Source: Negaprion brevirostris (Eukaryota). From it: a DNA stretch of 64,000 nucleotides. A program made the position numbers and the translations under genes. The stretch lies in NCBI GenBank assembly GCA_030324005.1, contig JARDVH010000149.1, forward strand, positions 21,486,036 through 21,550,035, given 5' to 3'. Below are positions 53,339-64,000 of this stretch, piece after piece; within the stretch, counting starts at the first letter, position 1, and each line of letters opens with the position of its first letter. The notes below the pieces were generated by a model. It had not been told where the DNA came from. It did no database searches and saw only the letters and a list, made by a program, of their open reading frames with translations.

Positions 53339-53400
53339 AATAAAAACTAAAATCACAAAATTCCTTTTTTTTCTACTTGTGTCAATTTATTTTGTTTAGG
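53339..53400 (+). terminator. Candidate intronic polyadenylation signal
   Basis: AATAAA at 53339-53344, CA dinucleotides ~10-15 nt later, then a T-rich/GT-rich tract (ttcctttttttttctacttgtgtc). Confidence 0.4.
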
Positions 53401-55795
53401 TTTGGATTTGTCACATTTCACTTCTAATCACTCGATTGAAATTCATATTTTTATGCATTCTGGCGGTAAAAAAAACCCTCAAGATGTGGTCCTCCCTCAT
53501 TAAAATAAACCCACACCATCATAAGCTATGAAGCGAATCTTAGATTTTGTAGAGCTGTATTTGTTACATGATATTTAACAAGGAACAGCCTCTGCTGTCA
53601 TTGTTGTCACATACTAACAGTAACAGAGGACATGATAACGAGACATTAAAATAGAGGGGCAAGTCATCCACATTGTAACTCAGCCAAGGGATTAGGAGGC
53701 AAGAGCTGGTGCAGTCATGCAGAGCTGATGGCGTTTATAGCTGAGACAGACAGAAAATCTTTTTTTCTTATTTGTGGTTGTTTTCTATGTACCAGCACTT
53801 GCTGTGACCTGCCTTTCTGCAGACAGATTCCTCAGTGTGACATCCAAGCAGGTAACAGGTACTGAACGTCAAAATGGGTCACTGAATCAAATTAATTAGG
53901 AATATGGGGTGTTTTTGTGAGATTATAATTCTGTTCTTTTTTAAAGGACACTAGAAAAAACAGGTAACAAAATAAACACATTTTTCTTTAAAAACCCATT
54001 GTGACCCTGCCTGCTATAGTATGGTTTACATCACAAAGCAATTGTTTATAATATTTAGAACACTGAGCATAGAAATGTTCATTACTTTTGATTTACATAT
54101 AATTTCTGTTTTTTTACAACAACCCATATATTGAACTGGATCAATACTCAACTATGCCTATACTTAACACCTGAATGTGCAAAGTCACCAAATTAAACAA
54201 GTGTTTAAGTATTGTGCATGAATACAATTTAAAACTAAATCTGATACATGATACATTTTTAGTGGCACAATACCTGAAAATACCGTACGGAATGTTGTTA
54301 AATGTAGGAACTCCACTTTTTGAGTGCCACATAAACTATGGCCAACATCTTTGAAAATTTACACCAATTATGGTTTTGAAGTCAAAAAACTAGGGCCTTG
54401 TTTTCACACGTGGAGCATGCATTGCAGCAGCAATTTCATTCTAGTCTTTCTCCAAAACAAGGGTCTCTGTTGCTGATTGCAGTCCAACAATCCCTGCCAA
54501 AAGTGCACAAAGTAGATGTGAAGTCAGAACTGGATTAAGTTTAAATATGATGTTGACCATTGATGACTCCCCTACCTGCACTCACTATCCGGACTCCCAC
54601 ATACAAAAAATTACTGATCAAATAAAATATGAGTAAATGACCAGTGCTCAACAAATCATTTTACAACAAGGAGTCATTCAGGGGAGCCTCTCCGCATTAA
54701 GGATGGATTGACAGGTCAATGCAAAATTGGCCATATTGATCCACTGAAATTAAATAGTGGAGTCATCCCAAAAAATAATATGTTACTGGGGAGGTCAAAT
54801 TTTGCAAGGGTTTTCCAGCCCCCTTGTAACTTCACTGGAAATCTCAAATAAATGGCTGCCTACACATTTTATCCAGTTTCTCTCAAAATTATGGTGGGAA
54901 ATTCCACCTCACATTGTTTTATTTGAGAGCTATGACATGATCTGCTGACCCAAACCTCTCACATCCTGTTCCTGTCCCATTGTTTTTGGTGCAGCTGCAG
55001 AATATGTCCCTCTGATTAACTTTGCGCTAACTTGTGAGAACTGTGTCAATAAATCACAGCTGATCAAGTTTTGAGAGAAATCAAAGGGATTAGAGAGGTG
55101 TTCATTCTAAGGATTTTATTACCTCAGTTCAAGAAAGTTAATTAGAAACAAGGTAATTTTTCATTTCTGATATCTGAATAGCAAATAAGGTAGAATTCAT
55201 TTTTTGAAAACTGGTCTTCTATTAATGTGCACGTGAAATAAGGTGCAGTAGCCTCCCGTTAAATCATAACAATTCAGCTTAGTAATAAAAAACAATTTTA
55301 TGTTTTTAAAATATGAGTAGAATTTGAGGTGTTTATATATGTACATTGTCCTGCAAAATTAGGATTTTTTAATTTATTGGAGTGTAAAGATTATTTAGAA
55401 TTTATTTATTCTATATTTTATTTAGAATCAATAGTAAACTCCCTCGTGATAGACCAGAAAGTTCACAAGTTCATACTTTAGTCTGCCTCGAGTTAGTTGA
55501 CCTTATCCTAGGCAGAAGCCAGGTGCTATAATTGGCTTTAAAGATGGCAGAGGTGGTCAGGCTTCCCACTACCTAATAATCCCTAGTGGCAGTATGCATT
55601 GTGAGGTGCCATTGGTTACCTATTCTGTCGTCATACACACATGAACAGTTGTCAGATAGGTGCTGGAAGATGACAAGTGGAGTGTACCGAGCAGGGAAAG
55701 CAACTCCAGGAACAAACAGTAATGGCAAAGAAAAAAAGGGAAATTGCTTTTTTTCCAGCTGTCATCATCTGTAGTATGATGTGTATCTCACATAC

Positions 55796-56436
55796 TGTCT
55801 AACTTGTCAGCATACAGGGGCCAACATTTGAATTATTTTATTTACAGAGTATTACACAGATTTAAATGATAATTGCTAGCGCAGCTGGATATATCTGATA
55901 ATTAAAATCATGCTGTGTGATATACTTATGCTGAGTTAAGAGTTAGGAAAGGTGTGCATATTTCCTATCACATGCAGAAAGTCAATGCAGAATCCCATGT
56001 ACTTTAATGAACTGACCACCACCCATTACTTTTAAGTCATACATGAATTCAAAGCATTTCTCATTTTTATTTCTGGGCATTGTGTCTGGAAAAGTTTGCT
56101 AAGTGTTTGAAATACTAATAATGGAAAAAATTGGATTTGTGTTATCTGTCGGAAAATTATAAGAAAGTAATTTCCAAATCCTGCTAAAATCGTAGAAATT
56201 ACAAGCATCCAAATTTTAGAGTGAAATGTATTGGACTGCCAGCAAGAGACTGCAACTAAATGATGCTGAGATGGATTGGGGACAGGATGTGTAAGAATGC
56301 AGAAAGATGCCAAAATCAAAAGGTACTCCAGTAGATGTTGGAAATCCAATGTTGAAATATAGCTATTTTGTTTCTTCTTTATTTTTGTCTTAAAAGTTGT
56401 CTAATTTGTCAGCATATGGGGGCCAATATTTGAATT
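55796..56436 (+). repeat. 39-bp direct repeat pair 602 bp apart
   Basis: 55796-55834 TGTCTAACTTGTCAGCATACAGGGGCCAACATTTGAATT vs 56398-56436 TGTCTAATTTGTCAGCATATGGGGGCCAATATTTGAATT (35/39). Confidence 0.85.
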
Positions 56437-57364
56437 TGGGATCATGGCCAGTTTGACGTGTTGAATGCTGTGATTTGTGGTGAGAAAGCCATGTGATTTG
56501 GAATTGCAGAAATAAGTTCTTTCACAAACTCAGCAGTTTTTTTTCATTATCAACATTGTTGAATTTTTGTGTAAAGTGTTCCAGCATGTGAAATGTATTC
56601 ATTTAGTGCAACACTTGGCAAAATTCCATTTTATTTTCCCTTTCCTGTCAGTGTTCATGATGTCTATATGGGAACACTTTACTTCCTTTAGGCATGTTAC
56701 AAATAATCAGGCAAGATGTTTACCATCTCATGTTTCAACAGGGTGAAGCCTTTTACTCCTTTTCCATGATTTGGTAACTGTGCTTGTGAAGTGATAGTAG
56801 AAACCTAAAATTAGAAGTGTAAGTAATTATATCTGTTGTTTGCAGGGTTTCCTGTTTATTTCATGTTCTTGTACCAGCAATTATGTTTTTTATTGGTTAT
56901 TCCCAAATGAAAAAGAAGTAAAAATCATTTGCGTTATCTTATCCCAGTCATAGACCCAGTGAATTCTGATCAGTGTCCGGGATATGACAGATCAAATCCT
57001 CAAATTCTGAGATTGCATGAAGCATCGGGGTTTGCAAACCTCCGAATTTGTGTGTATTGTCATTAACAACCTCTAGAAATGCACTTGATAAGCACAACAG
57101 TGAATATGTAATGTTGGAGATGTACATGTATTTTTTAAAAATCTGAATTGTGACCAAAGCCTGCGCCAGCTACATGGGTTGCTGTTATCAGAGAGTTCAC
57201 AATGATGTAAAGTACCAAGATGTAAAGCTGATTAAGTTTGACAGTTCACCATATTTTTAGGCTGGGAAGTTCTGAATAGCTTTCAACCTTTGTTTCTAAC
57301 CTTGGCATATCACATTCTATTTCATGGTCTTCTGGACTGCATGATTTTATTTGGCTCATTGTGC

Positions 57365-57715
57365 CTACACTGGCTGTTTGAGAGAGAGCTATCCAGATAG
57401 CCTCATTCCTCATATCACAGCAAATATTTATCCAATTCTTTTTTAAAAAGTTACTATTGAATTTGCTTTAAGATAGTGCATTCCAGATCATCATCATACA
57501 TAAAGAAACAACAATTTTTCATCTTTTTGCATCAATTCATTCCATTGACACTTACTTTAAATTTGTTTCTTCTGATTACCAACCCTCCAGCCAGTGAAGT
57601 CAGTTATTCCCAATCCACTAAATTAAAACGCCTCATAATTTTGAAAATCTCCTCATAACCTTTGCTGCTGCAAGGAGAGCAATCTTAGTTTCTCTAATCT
57701 CCTCATGCAACTGAA
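57365..57715 (-). mobile_element. Old CR1 3' fragment
   Basis: CCTCATAATTTTGAAAATCTCCCTCATAACCTTTGCTGCTGCAAGGAGAGCAATCTTAG is the reverse complement of an LxSLxxRRLRGD-like CR1 segment; degraded. Confidence 0.55.
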
Positions 57716-58856
57716 ATATTTTTCAAATAATTTCTTGAGCTTATTCAGTATTCAAATTCAGCATCTTGGTTCTTGAATATTTTCGCAACTACTGACAATG
57801 GACTGCTGAATTTGCGATTTTGCTAAATCTCCATTGATTATGGCCATGTGAAAATGTATGTCCGTCCTTTTGAATAGTACAGAAATAACATGTTAAAAGC
57901 TATAGAGAAAAGTAAGCAGTCACTTTACATTATTGTCCTCGCAGTTTCTGCTGCATTTGGTGTTTAAACTCAGCATCCGGTGATATATGTGATGGATTCG
58001 CCATAGTCTTCTTCCAGCTGCTTTGTGAGACTCTTGGTGCCAGTTGATTTATACTGAGGCTTATGGCTTTGTCGTTCCTCATCTAGGTATATTGGCATGG
58101 GGGGGTGGGGGGGCGTCGGTGAGGAATTATCTACAATACATAAGTGTAACTGTTTATGAAATGCCATCAGTATTTACTGTATAGATTGTGTAATATATCT
58201 TGCACTTGGGATTGGCAAAAAAGTTGACCCTGTAAAAATTGGTAATTTTGATATTCAGAAATAACCTTGTTAATTCTTGATTACTGCCGGGAGGATGCCG
58301 TTCTGCAAGCCTTGTCTGCTCTGGATCTGGGGTGGGAGAGACAGTAAAATTCCAGCCTAAGTGTTTGCCAGTGCCCTTAAAAACATATTTCAGGCACAGT
58401 ATAAATATTTGTTTAATGTAACCAGAAAATGAGCAATTGTTTAATAACGAATGAACTCTACCTTGCCCTAGAAAATGTGTATTTAAAAAAATAAGAAATG
58501 TCTTTCTCTTGACATGTGCTAACTATGAATATGAGAATTAGTGAACTATTCATGTAAAAGGGAGCACTCAGAAGTGCCCTTCCTCATCTATTTGATGATT
58601 TAGTGTAGAGGTTTGAATAATTGAAGAATTGAACCTGCCCAATCATAAAACACATTCTGCCACATTCCCACCATGGAAAACTTGGAGTAGCACTGACATG
58701 CAATCCTTGAGATCCTTTAAACTATCTCATTTATGTAACCCTCCCCTCCCCCCACTTTCCAATATTTCATTCCGTTAATGTGTCTTGGTTTCAGATTGAA
58801 ATGTTCCTTTATCCACCCTGAAATCTTTTGTGGATTCGCCATAAGATGCTTCACAA

Positions 58857-59075
58857 ATGCTTCTTGGCCTTTTGGCTGAGATCAAGTGTCAGATCAAGCT
58901 CAAGATGGTGTGTAATGCCTTATCCTGTCAGATTGGATCTTGTTTGCCTCTCTTGAGGGGACCATGAATTGGATTCAATTGGACCTTGAATTTGGATTTT
59001 GGAGCAAGCAAGAAATGGATTCAAGTTTGCCTGGCCTTTCCTAAAGTTGGTTTTGTAACTTTAAGAACAGAGTAA
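58857..59075 (+). pseudogene. U2 snRNA-derived element (near full-length, with insertion after the branch-point recognition region)
   Basis: 58859-58889 matches U2 nt 4-34 at 29/31. Downstream are a stem IIb-like GCCTCTCTTGAGGGGAC, an Sm-site-like GGATTTTGG (58994-59002) and a stem III-like GGAGCAAGC...GTTTGCC, in U2 order. Confidence 0.8.
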
Positions 59076-59114
59076 AACATTTTTTTTACAGATGTAGTAA
59101 TAAAAGGCAAAAGG

Positions 59115-59350
59115 TAATAAATACTTCAGATCTGGAAATCTGACATAAAAATGGAAAATGTTGGAAAAACTCTGCCAATCTGGCAGCATCTGTTTAGAAA
59201 AACAAGAGCTAACGTTTCAAGTCCAATTTCCATTCTTGCAAACTCGAGAGTTCCAATTTAAAGTCATATTGGACTTGAAATATTAACTTTGTTTCTCTTC
59301 ATAGATGCCACCATATCTCTTGTGTTTTTCCAACACTTTCTGTATTTATT
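59115..59350. repeat. Second foldback (Penelope-like) element
   Basis: TGTTGGAAAA...GCATCT...AACGTTTCAAGTCCAAT pairs with ATTGGACTTGAAATATT...AGATGC...TTTTCCAACA. Confidence 0.65.
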
Positions 59351-60296
59351 ACACAATTATGATACTTGCTTACAACCACAAAAGCATTTCTATTCTTTTG
59401 ACTATTCCCTTACTATTATTGTGTTTCCAAATAACATTTTGCCTTCTCCATTGCCATGGTTAGTTTCCTGTGAGTTGTCTTTGTCACAGAGATTCCATAA
59501 TAAAAGCCTGTTTGGCAGTTGAACAACCTCCGGATCCTTCGACTGCTTTTTGACTCATTTTCCCACCCAACTTTCCAGTCCACCCCATGGACCAATCAAC
59601 TCTGGAATATCTCCAGAATGCTGCAGTGTGCTGCAGGTAGTCTAGTATTATGTTCAGAAAGTCTGAAGTTCTCAAACAAAGAAGTCAAAGAGAATTTCCT
59701 TTTGCGCCATTCCAGATGTATGACGTATCCAAGACCTTCCTCATTTATGTGAACTTCAACAATCCTCAATTTTTTTCTTAAAGTTTTATTGAAATCAAGC
59801 CCTAAAAATTGGTGATTAATACCTCTTTATAACAATGAACTCCTATTGAAATTTCACATTCTCTCACTTTCCAGTATTCTTGCTCAAGACTATTATCTTT
59901 CTAAATCATTTGGGTGTATTTTAAAGTTTAATCTCCTGGATTATGTCACTTTTTCTTGTAACAAACCTTTATCTGTCTGTTGTTCCACAATTCCTGCTTT
60001 TACTGATGAGATGTAAGACTGTAATGGAGCAGCAGTGTGTAGACAATGATTGTCCCAACCAGCAGTACAATGTTTCTAATAAAAATAAAGCCAAAAATGA
60101 AAGTAGCTAAATTATACAATAAATATTGGTTTCCCAACATGTTTATGCTTCACCTAATACATCCCTGAAGTACAGAGTGGTTTGAAAGTTGATGCTTTAG
60201 AATCTCTCAGCCTGAGATGATCTTTATATGTGGACAGTGATGTTCAGCATTTGCTCTTCATTGAGTAAATTTGAATTTTCTTCCTGTTTTCTCCAG

Positions 60297-60422
60297 CATC
60301 GTAAGGCCCACACGACACTACACAGTCTTCCTTTCTGAGGATTCCTCTGATGATGAACTTCACCATGAAGAGGACTCTATATCTGCCTTCTCTGAAAGCT
60401 TTCTCTTCACTCCTTTTGAATG
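60297..60422 (+). CDS. DENND1A: DENND1A acidic cassette exon (IVRPTRHYTVFLSEDSSDDELHHEEDSISAFSESFLFTPFEW)
   Basis: Strong pyrimidine tract + ctccag|CATC...GAATG|gtctac; 126 nt, phase 2-2. The HYxVFLSEDSSDDE motif is recalled from long DENND1A isoforms. Confidence 0.9.
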
Positions 60423-60611
60423 GTCTACTGACTCTTTCATTTATATTCTTTTGATTGAGAAACTTGTGTGTGACTGCTCATGAGTAAATGTGATTTCTAC
60501 AGCATATACCTATTTAAATACATGGCTGTATCGAATTGAGGAAAAAAATAGCAGACCACATAGATCAAGTGTCTGTAACAAACTATTGCATTCTCTTTCC
60601 TTGGTAGGTTT

Positions 60612-60903
60612 GGGTAGCACGATGGCACAGTGGTTAGCACTGCTGCCTCACAGCGCCAGGGACCTGCATTCAATTCCCAGCTTGGCCACTGTCTGTGCGG
60701 AGTCTGCACATTCTCCCTGTGTATGTGTGGGTTTCCTCCCACAGTCTGAAAAATATGTTGGTTCGGTGCATTGACCATACTAAATTCTCCCTCAGTGTAC
60801 CAGAACAGGAGCTGGAGTGTGGCAACTGGAGAATTTTCACAGTAACTTCATTGCAATGTTAATGCAAGCCTACTTGTGACACTAATAAATAAACTTTAAC
60901 TTT
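60612..60903 (+). mobile_element. HE1-like V-SINE (alternative tail)
   Basis: GGGTAGCACGATGGCACAGTGGTTAGCACTGCTGCCTCACAGCGCCAGG head; tail TTTTCACAGTAACTTCATTGCAATGTTAATGCAAGCCTACTTGTGACACTAATAAATAAACTTTAACTTT. Confidence 0.92.
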
Positions 60904-63259
60904 CACAAAACCTAAATCCTTTGCTACTGATCATTTTATTTGCTGAGAGAATTATGTAGCAGCCATTCCTGTTGATCATACAGAAATAGATTTATACACT
61001 GCCAATATTTTAGTTAATCATGTAACTGGAAATAAAAGTGCAAAGATGCTGAACTAAAATTTGATAGCCAGGAATTTGCCAATGATTATTTCATGACAAT
61101 TGCATGATGGCATGGGGGAGGTGTTTGTCAATAATATAGTATCCAGTCACTCAATAGAACTCACTTTTCAGCATTATTGCTCTCTCTCTCTTGAACTATC
61201 AAAATGAACACTTGAATTATCAAAGAATGCTAAGAGCATATTTTAAAGTTATGCTCTGATATATTTTCTGTTTGTTTGAGAAGTTCAAGTTGAATTTCTC
61301 TTCTGGTTTCTGTCTAAAATACATCAACAAGTAAATAATATTTTGTCCGTCAAAAATTAGCCACTGGACAATGCACCATTGTGGCTGTTCCAGGCATAAA
61401 TAAATTATCTGCTCGATTGGCAACTTTTGGGTTCACTGTTAGCTGGAAATTCTGACCAATGCTGAAGTTTTATTTGTGTTTTGTACCTGCAAGGACTAGG
61501 ATAGATTTCTGTTGAAGGCATACCAGTTAACGGCATATTTCAGTCAGAATTCTGTGCTAGAATGATTTTGACTAAAAATCTAAACTGCATTCTGGCCAAA
61601 GCACAACTAATTATAATTAATGTGATGGCCCAGTAGGTGGCAGTTTTGTGAGATTTCTATCTTGGTGGTAACAATGGCTGAATAATGAACCTAGTTAAAT
61701 TTTGGGAAATAGACAAAAACATTGTAACAATCATCTGAATCTATATTCATTTGTTTTCTTTTGTCTGATTAATACACAATACTTTTCTAAATAACTGCTG
61801 TGACATATCCAATATTGTATTTCAATAATGACAATTTTAACATATTACAAATAAGCAGAGAGTTGCGGAATAAGGATCTTATTCTATGAGACAATTCACT
61901 TGTGAGGTCTTCCACCTGAAGGTAATAAGCTCCGTATACTACTGTTCCTGTTTGAGTATTCTCTGCTGGCCATTCATATGTAATTTTATTTTAAATTGTT
62001 TTTGATGTACCTTTCATGATGAGTTGTAACTAAGTATGAGAGTGTTTAATGATCAGAAGGTCCTTTTGAGTTGCCTTTCATTTCCCAAAACTTTGCAATC
62101 CCTTTAGCAGGACTGAGGAATTAATTTAACATCTTAGTCTAAGATAGAAGGTATTGCAGCAGTGATTCATTAGGACAGCTGATGTGATTGGAGCTCAGCC
62201 AATGTGTGAGAATGTAACGGCTTCATTCAGGAACTGTGCGATCACCTTTTAGAAATTATAGTGGAGCATCAAAAGACATGCAACACAGAGACTGCTGAAG
62301 GTGCAAAGAGGATATACAGGGCTTACGTCTCAAGAGGGACTGCTCACTGTTGACTTTGCATATTTATACACTCTTACGACCGTGTCTATTTGCTAGTACC
62401 CATGTATTCTGCAAATCACATGGCAATATGACAAACAAAGGACTCATTCAAACCTGAGATTAACCAGGTCACAAATTGATCAGTTCTCAACCCCTAAATC
62501 AATGAGGCCTGCAGCTTTGTGCCTCCAATTAAATTTACCATGGTGTAGCTATTCTCCTCTACGTTTCTCCCTTAGTTAACTTATTCCCCTACAAAACGAC
62601 CTATGCTGCTGAAATGGCCAGTGTGCCAATTGTAAAACTATTATGCTTGATTGGGAATCAAAGTTTATGTTCACCAAAAAACTGACACATTGTGTTTTTC
62701 TTCAGACGGTAAAGTGAATGAACAAAATAATCAGGGCTGCAAACAAACCTTTAAAAATCTTTTAGGCTATTTCAAAAAATACTTAATGTTTAGTTAAATT
62801 TAAGAATAATTTTCTAAACAACATTTTTACAACATAACCTGAAAAATCAAGATTGTTTATTAAATCAAACTATTCATTCTTTTAACAAGTCAAGTAATTG
62901 GCTTAATAGAATAGGTTCCACTGGAAGGTAATACTAGCCTAAAATTACAAGGAATAGGTTGATCATCCGTCCCATCAAGCATATTCCAGCATTTACTATG
63001 GGCTGGACAAACTCATGTACTAACTTAATCGGGCACTTGCACAATGCATAACGTTGAAAATGGTGGCATGAAACCTGGAATCAATCTTCATTATAACAGC
63101 TAGAATAACAAAATAACTGCTTTATGTTCTGCGGTAAAATGGTTCAACTTTGCATTTCACAGGTTTTTAACAATAGCAAATATGAAATCATTTAATTAGG
63201 TATTCTTCATTCAGATACAAACCTAATTCTGTCTTTTTTTTTTGATGTCGCAATACCAG

Positions 63260-63503
63260 GCCTCAACCATATAAAACATTGAAGGAATCCGATATAGTTG
63301 ATGGAGAGGTTTTGAGCNNNNNNNNNNCAACTATCTTTCCCAGCCTCTCTGTGCCGGGTAGGAATATGGATGTAAACTTATTGGATGACATTTTCAGCAG
63401 TATAAAGGTTACCTCACAACACCAGCCCCTCAGCCAAGCCAAAAGTATGGAAGATCTGAGGACACCTAAAGAGGAAGAAATAGAAAATCCATTTGGACAT
63501 CAG
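63260..63503 (+). CDS. DENND1A: DENND1A coding exon (PQPYKTLKESD...NLLDDIFS...QPLSQAKSMEDLRTPK...FGHQ), contains a 10-N gap
   Basis: ccag|GCCTCAACCA...CATCAG|gtttgt; phase 2-0. PQPYxTLxESD and QPLxQAKSxEDLRxPK match recalled human DENND1A. Confidence 0.93.
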
Positions 63504-64000
63504 GTTTGTGCAAATGATTTTGTACTGTTCATATATTTTTTGACCAACTTTGGGAGTGCAGTCAAAAGTCAATTTACTTTCAGTAAGACTGGACGAACCC
63601 AGGGATGGGCAGGATTGGAAAATCCCACCCATTCTTATGACCCTTGATCCCAGTGAAGGCTCGCGGCCAGCCAATTCAGTGCCTAAATGCCATTTAATTT
63701 GGTGGGTCATCTCTAAAAGAGGCAACATGGGACGCTCATTAGCTCTCCAGCCAGCAGGCAAGACTACCCCGATTGCCTCCATTCAGTACTACCAATTAGT
63801 CTGACAAAGACCTAGAATGATGTGGTTTGCTACCAACACAATGAAGATGTAGAATAAAGGAGGGCATATAAGATGGTGATTAATGAAGAGAGAGTGAAAA
63901 CTTTAATAGCATTAGTAACTTGGAGAGAGATTGAAGGCTGAAGCTAAGGAAAGTCTTGGTATGGATGAGGAAATTTCTTGTAACTTGTCCAGCGTTGACA

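Noticed and set aside
58857-59075. Functional canonical U2 snRNA gene
   Set aside because: The branch-point recognition sequence is altered, there is an insertion, the Sm site is shortened, stem IV is not recognisable and no clear PSE is seen.
60612-60680. tRNA genes at SINE heads
   Set aside because: A/B boxes are present but continue into SINE bodies, and no full cloverleaf or terminator is seen.
44165-63259. Intronic microRNA equivalent to human miR-601
   Set aside because: No hairpin I can identify as such, and that miRNA is not known to me as deeply conserved.
504-63503. Assignment to DENND1B or DENND1C
   Set aside because: AKDHAKMGIKEVKNRLKQK, REDRRPITVHFGQ and PQPYxTLxESD match recalled DENND1A specifically.
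1-64000. CRISPR array, prokaryotic operon or viral insert
   Set aside because: No regularly spaced repeats or dense ORFs; everything fits a vertebrate intron-exon region.

Overview
AT-rich vertebrate DNA with several assembly gaps. The repeat content (HE1-type V-SINEs, CR1/HER1-type LINEs, Penelope-derived hairpins) points to a cartilaginous fish, probably a shark. The window lies inside the 3' half of DENND1A (connecdenn 1, Rab35 GEF) on the + strand. I can read seven coding exons with correct splice sites and matching phases: 504-575, 4891-4947, 6820-6951, 36755-36814, 44076-44164, 60297-60422 and 63260-63503. Two of these are frame-preserving cassette exons. The first ~33 kb is dense in transposons, including a nested gag-protease-only Gypsy element. 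The 36-54 kb stretch is poor in young repeats and holds many homeodomain/SOX/MEIS motif-rich blocks that may be enhancers of the neighbouring LHX2 regulatory block. Most notable observations: (1) a near full-length but remodelled U2 snRNA derivative at ~58.9 kb; (2) a candidate alternative last exon with a clean polyA signal at the position where human DENND1A.V2 truncates; (3) an unexplained microexon plus ~100-codon ORF at 35.5-36 kb; (4) one SINE head carrying two different LINE-type tails. Protein and repeat identities come from recalled sequences, not from searches. Repeat boundaries are approximate.
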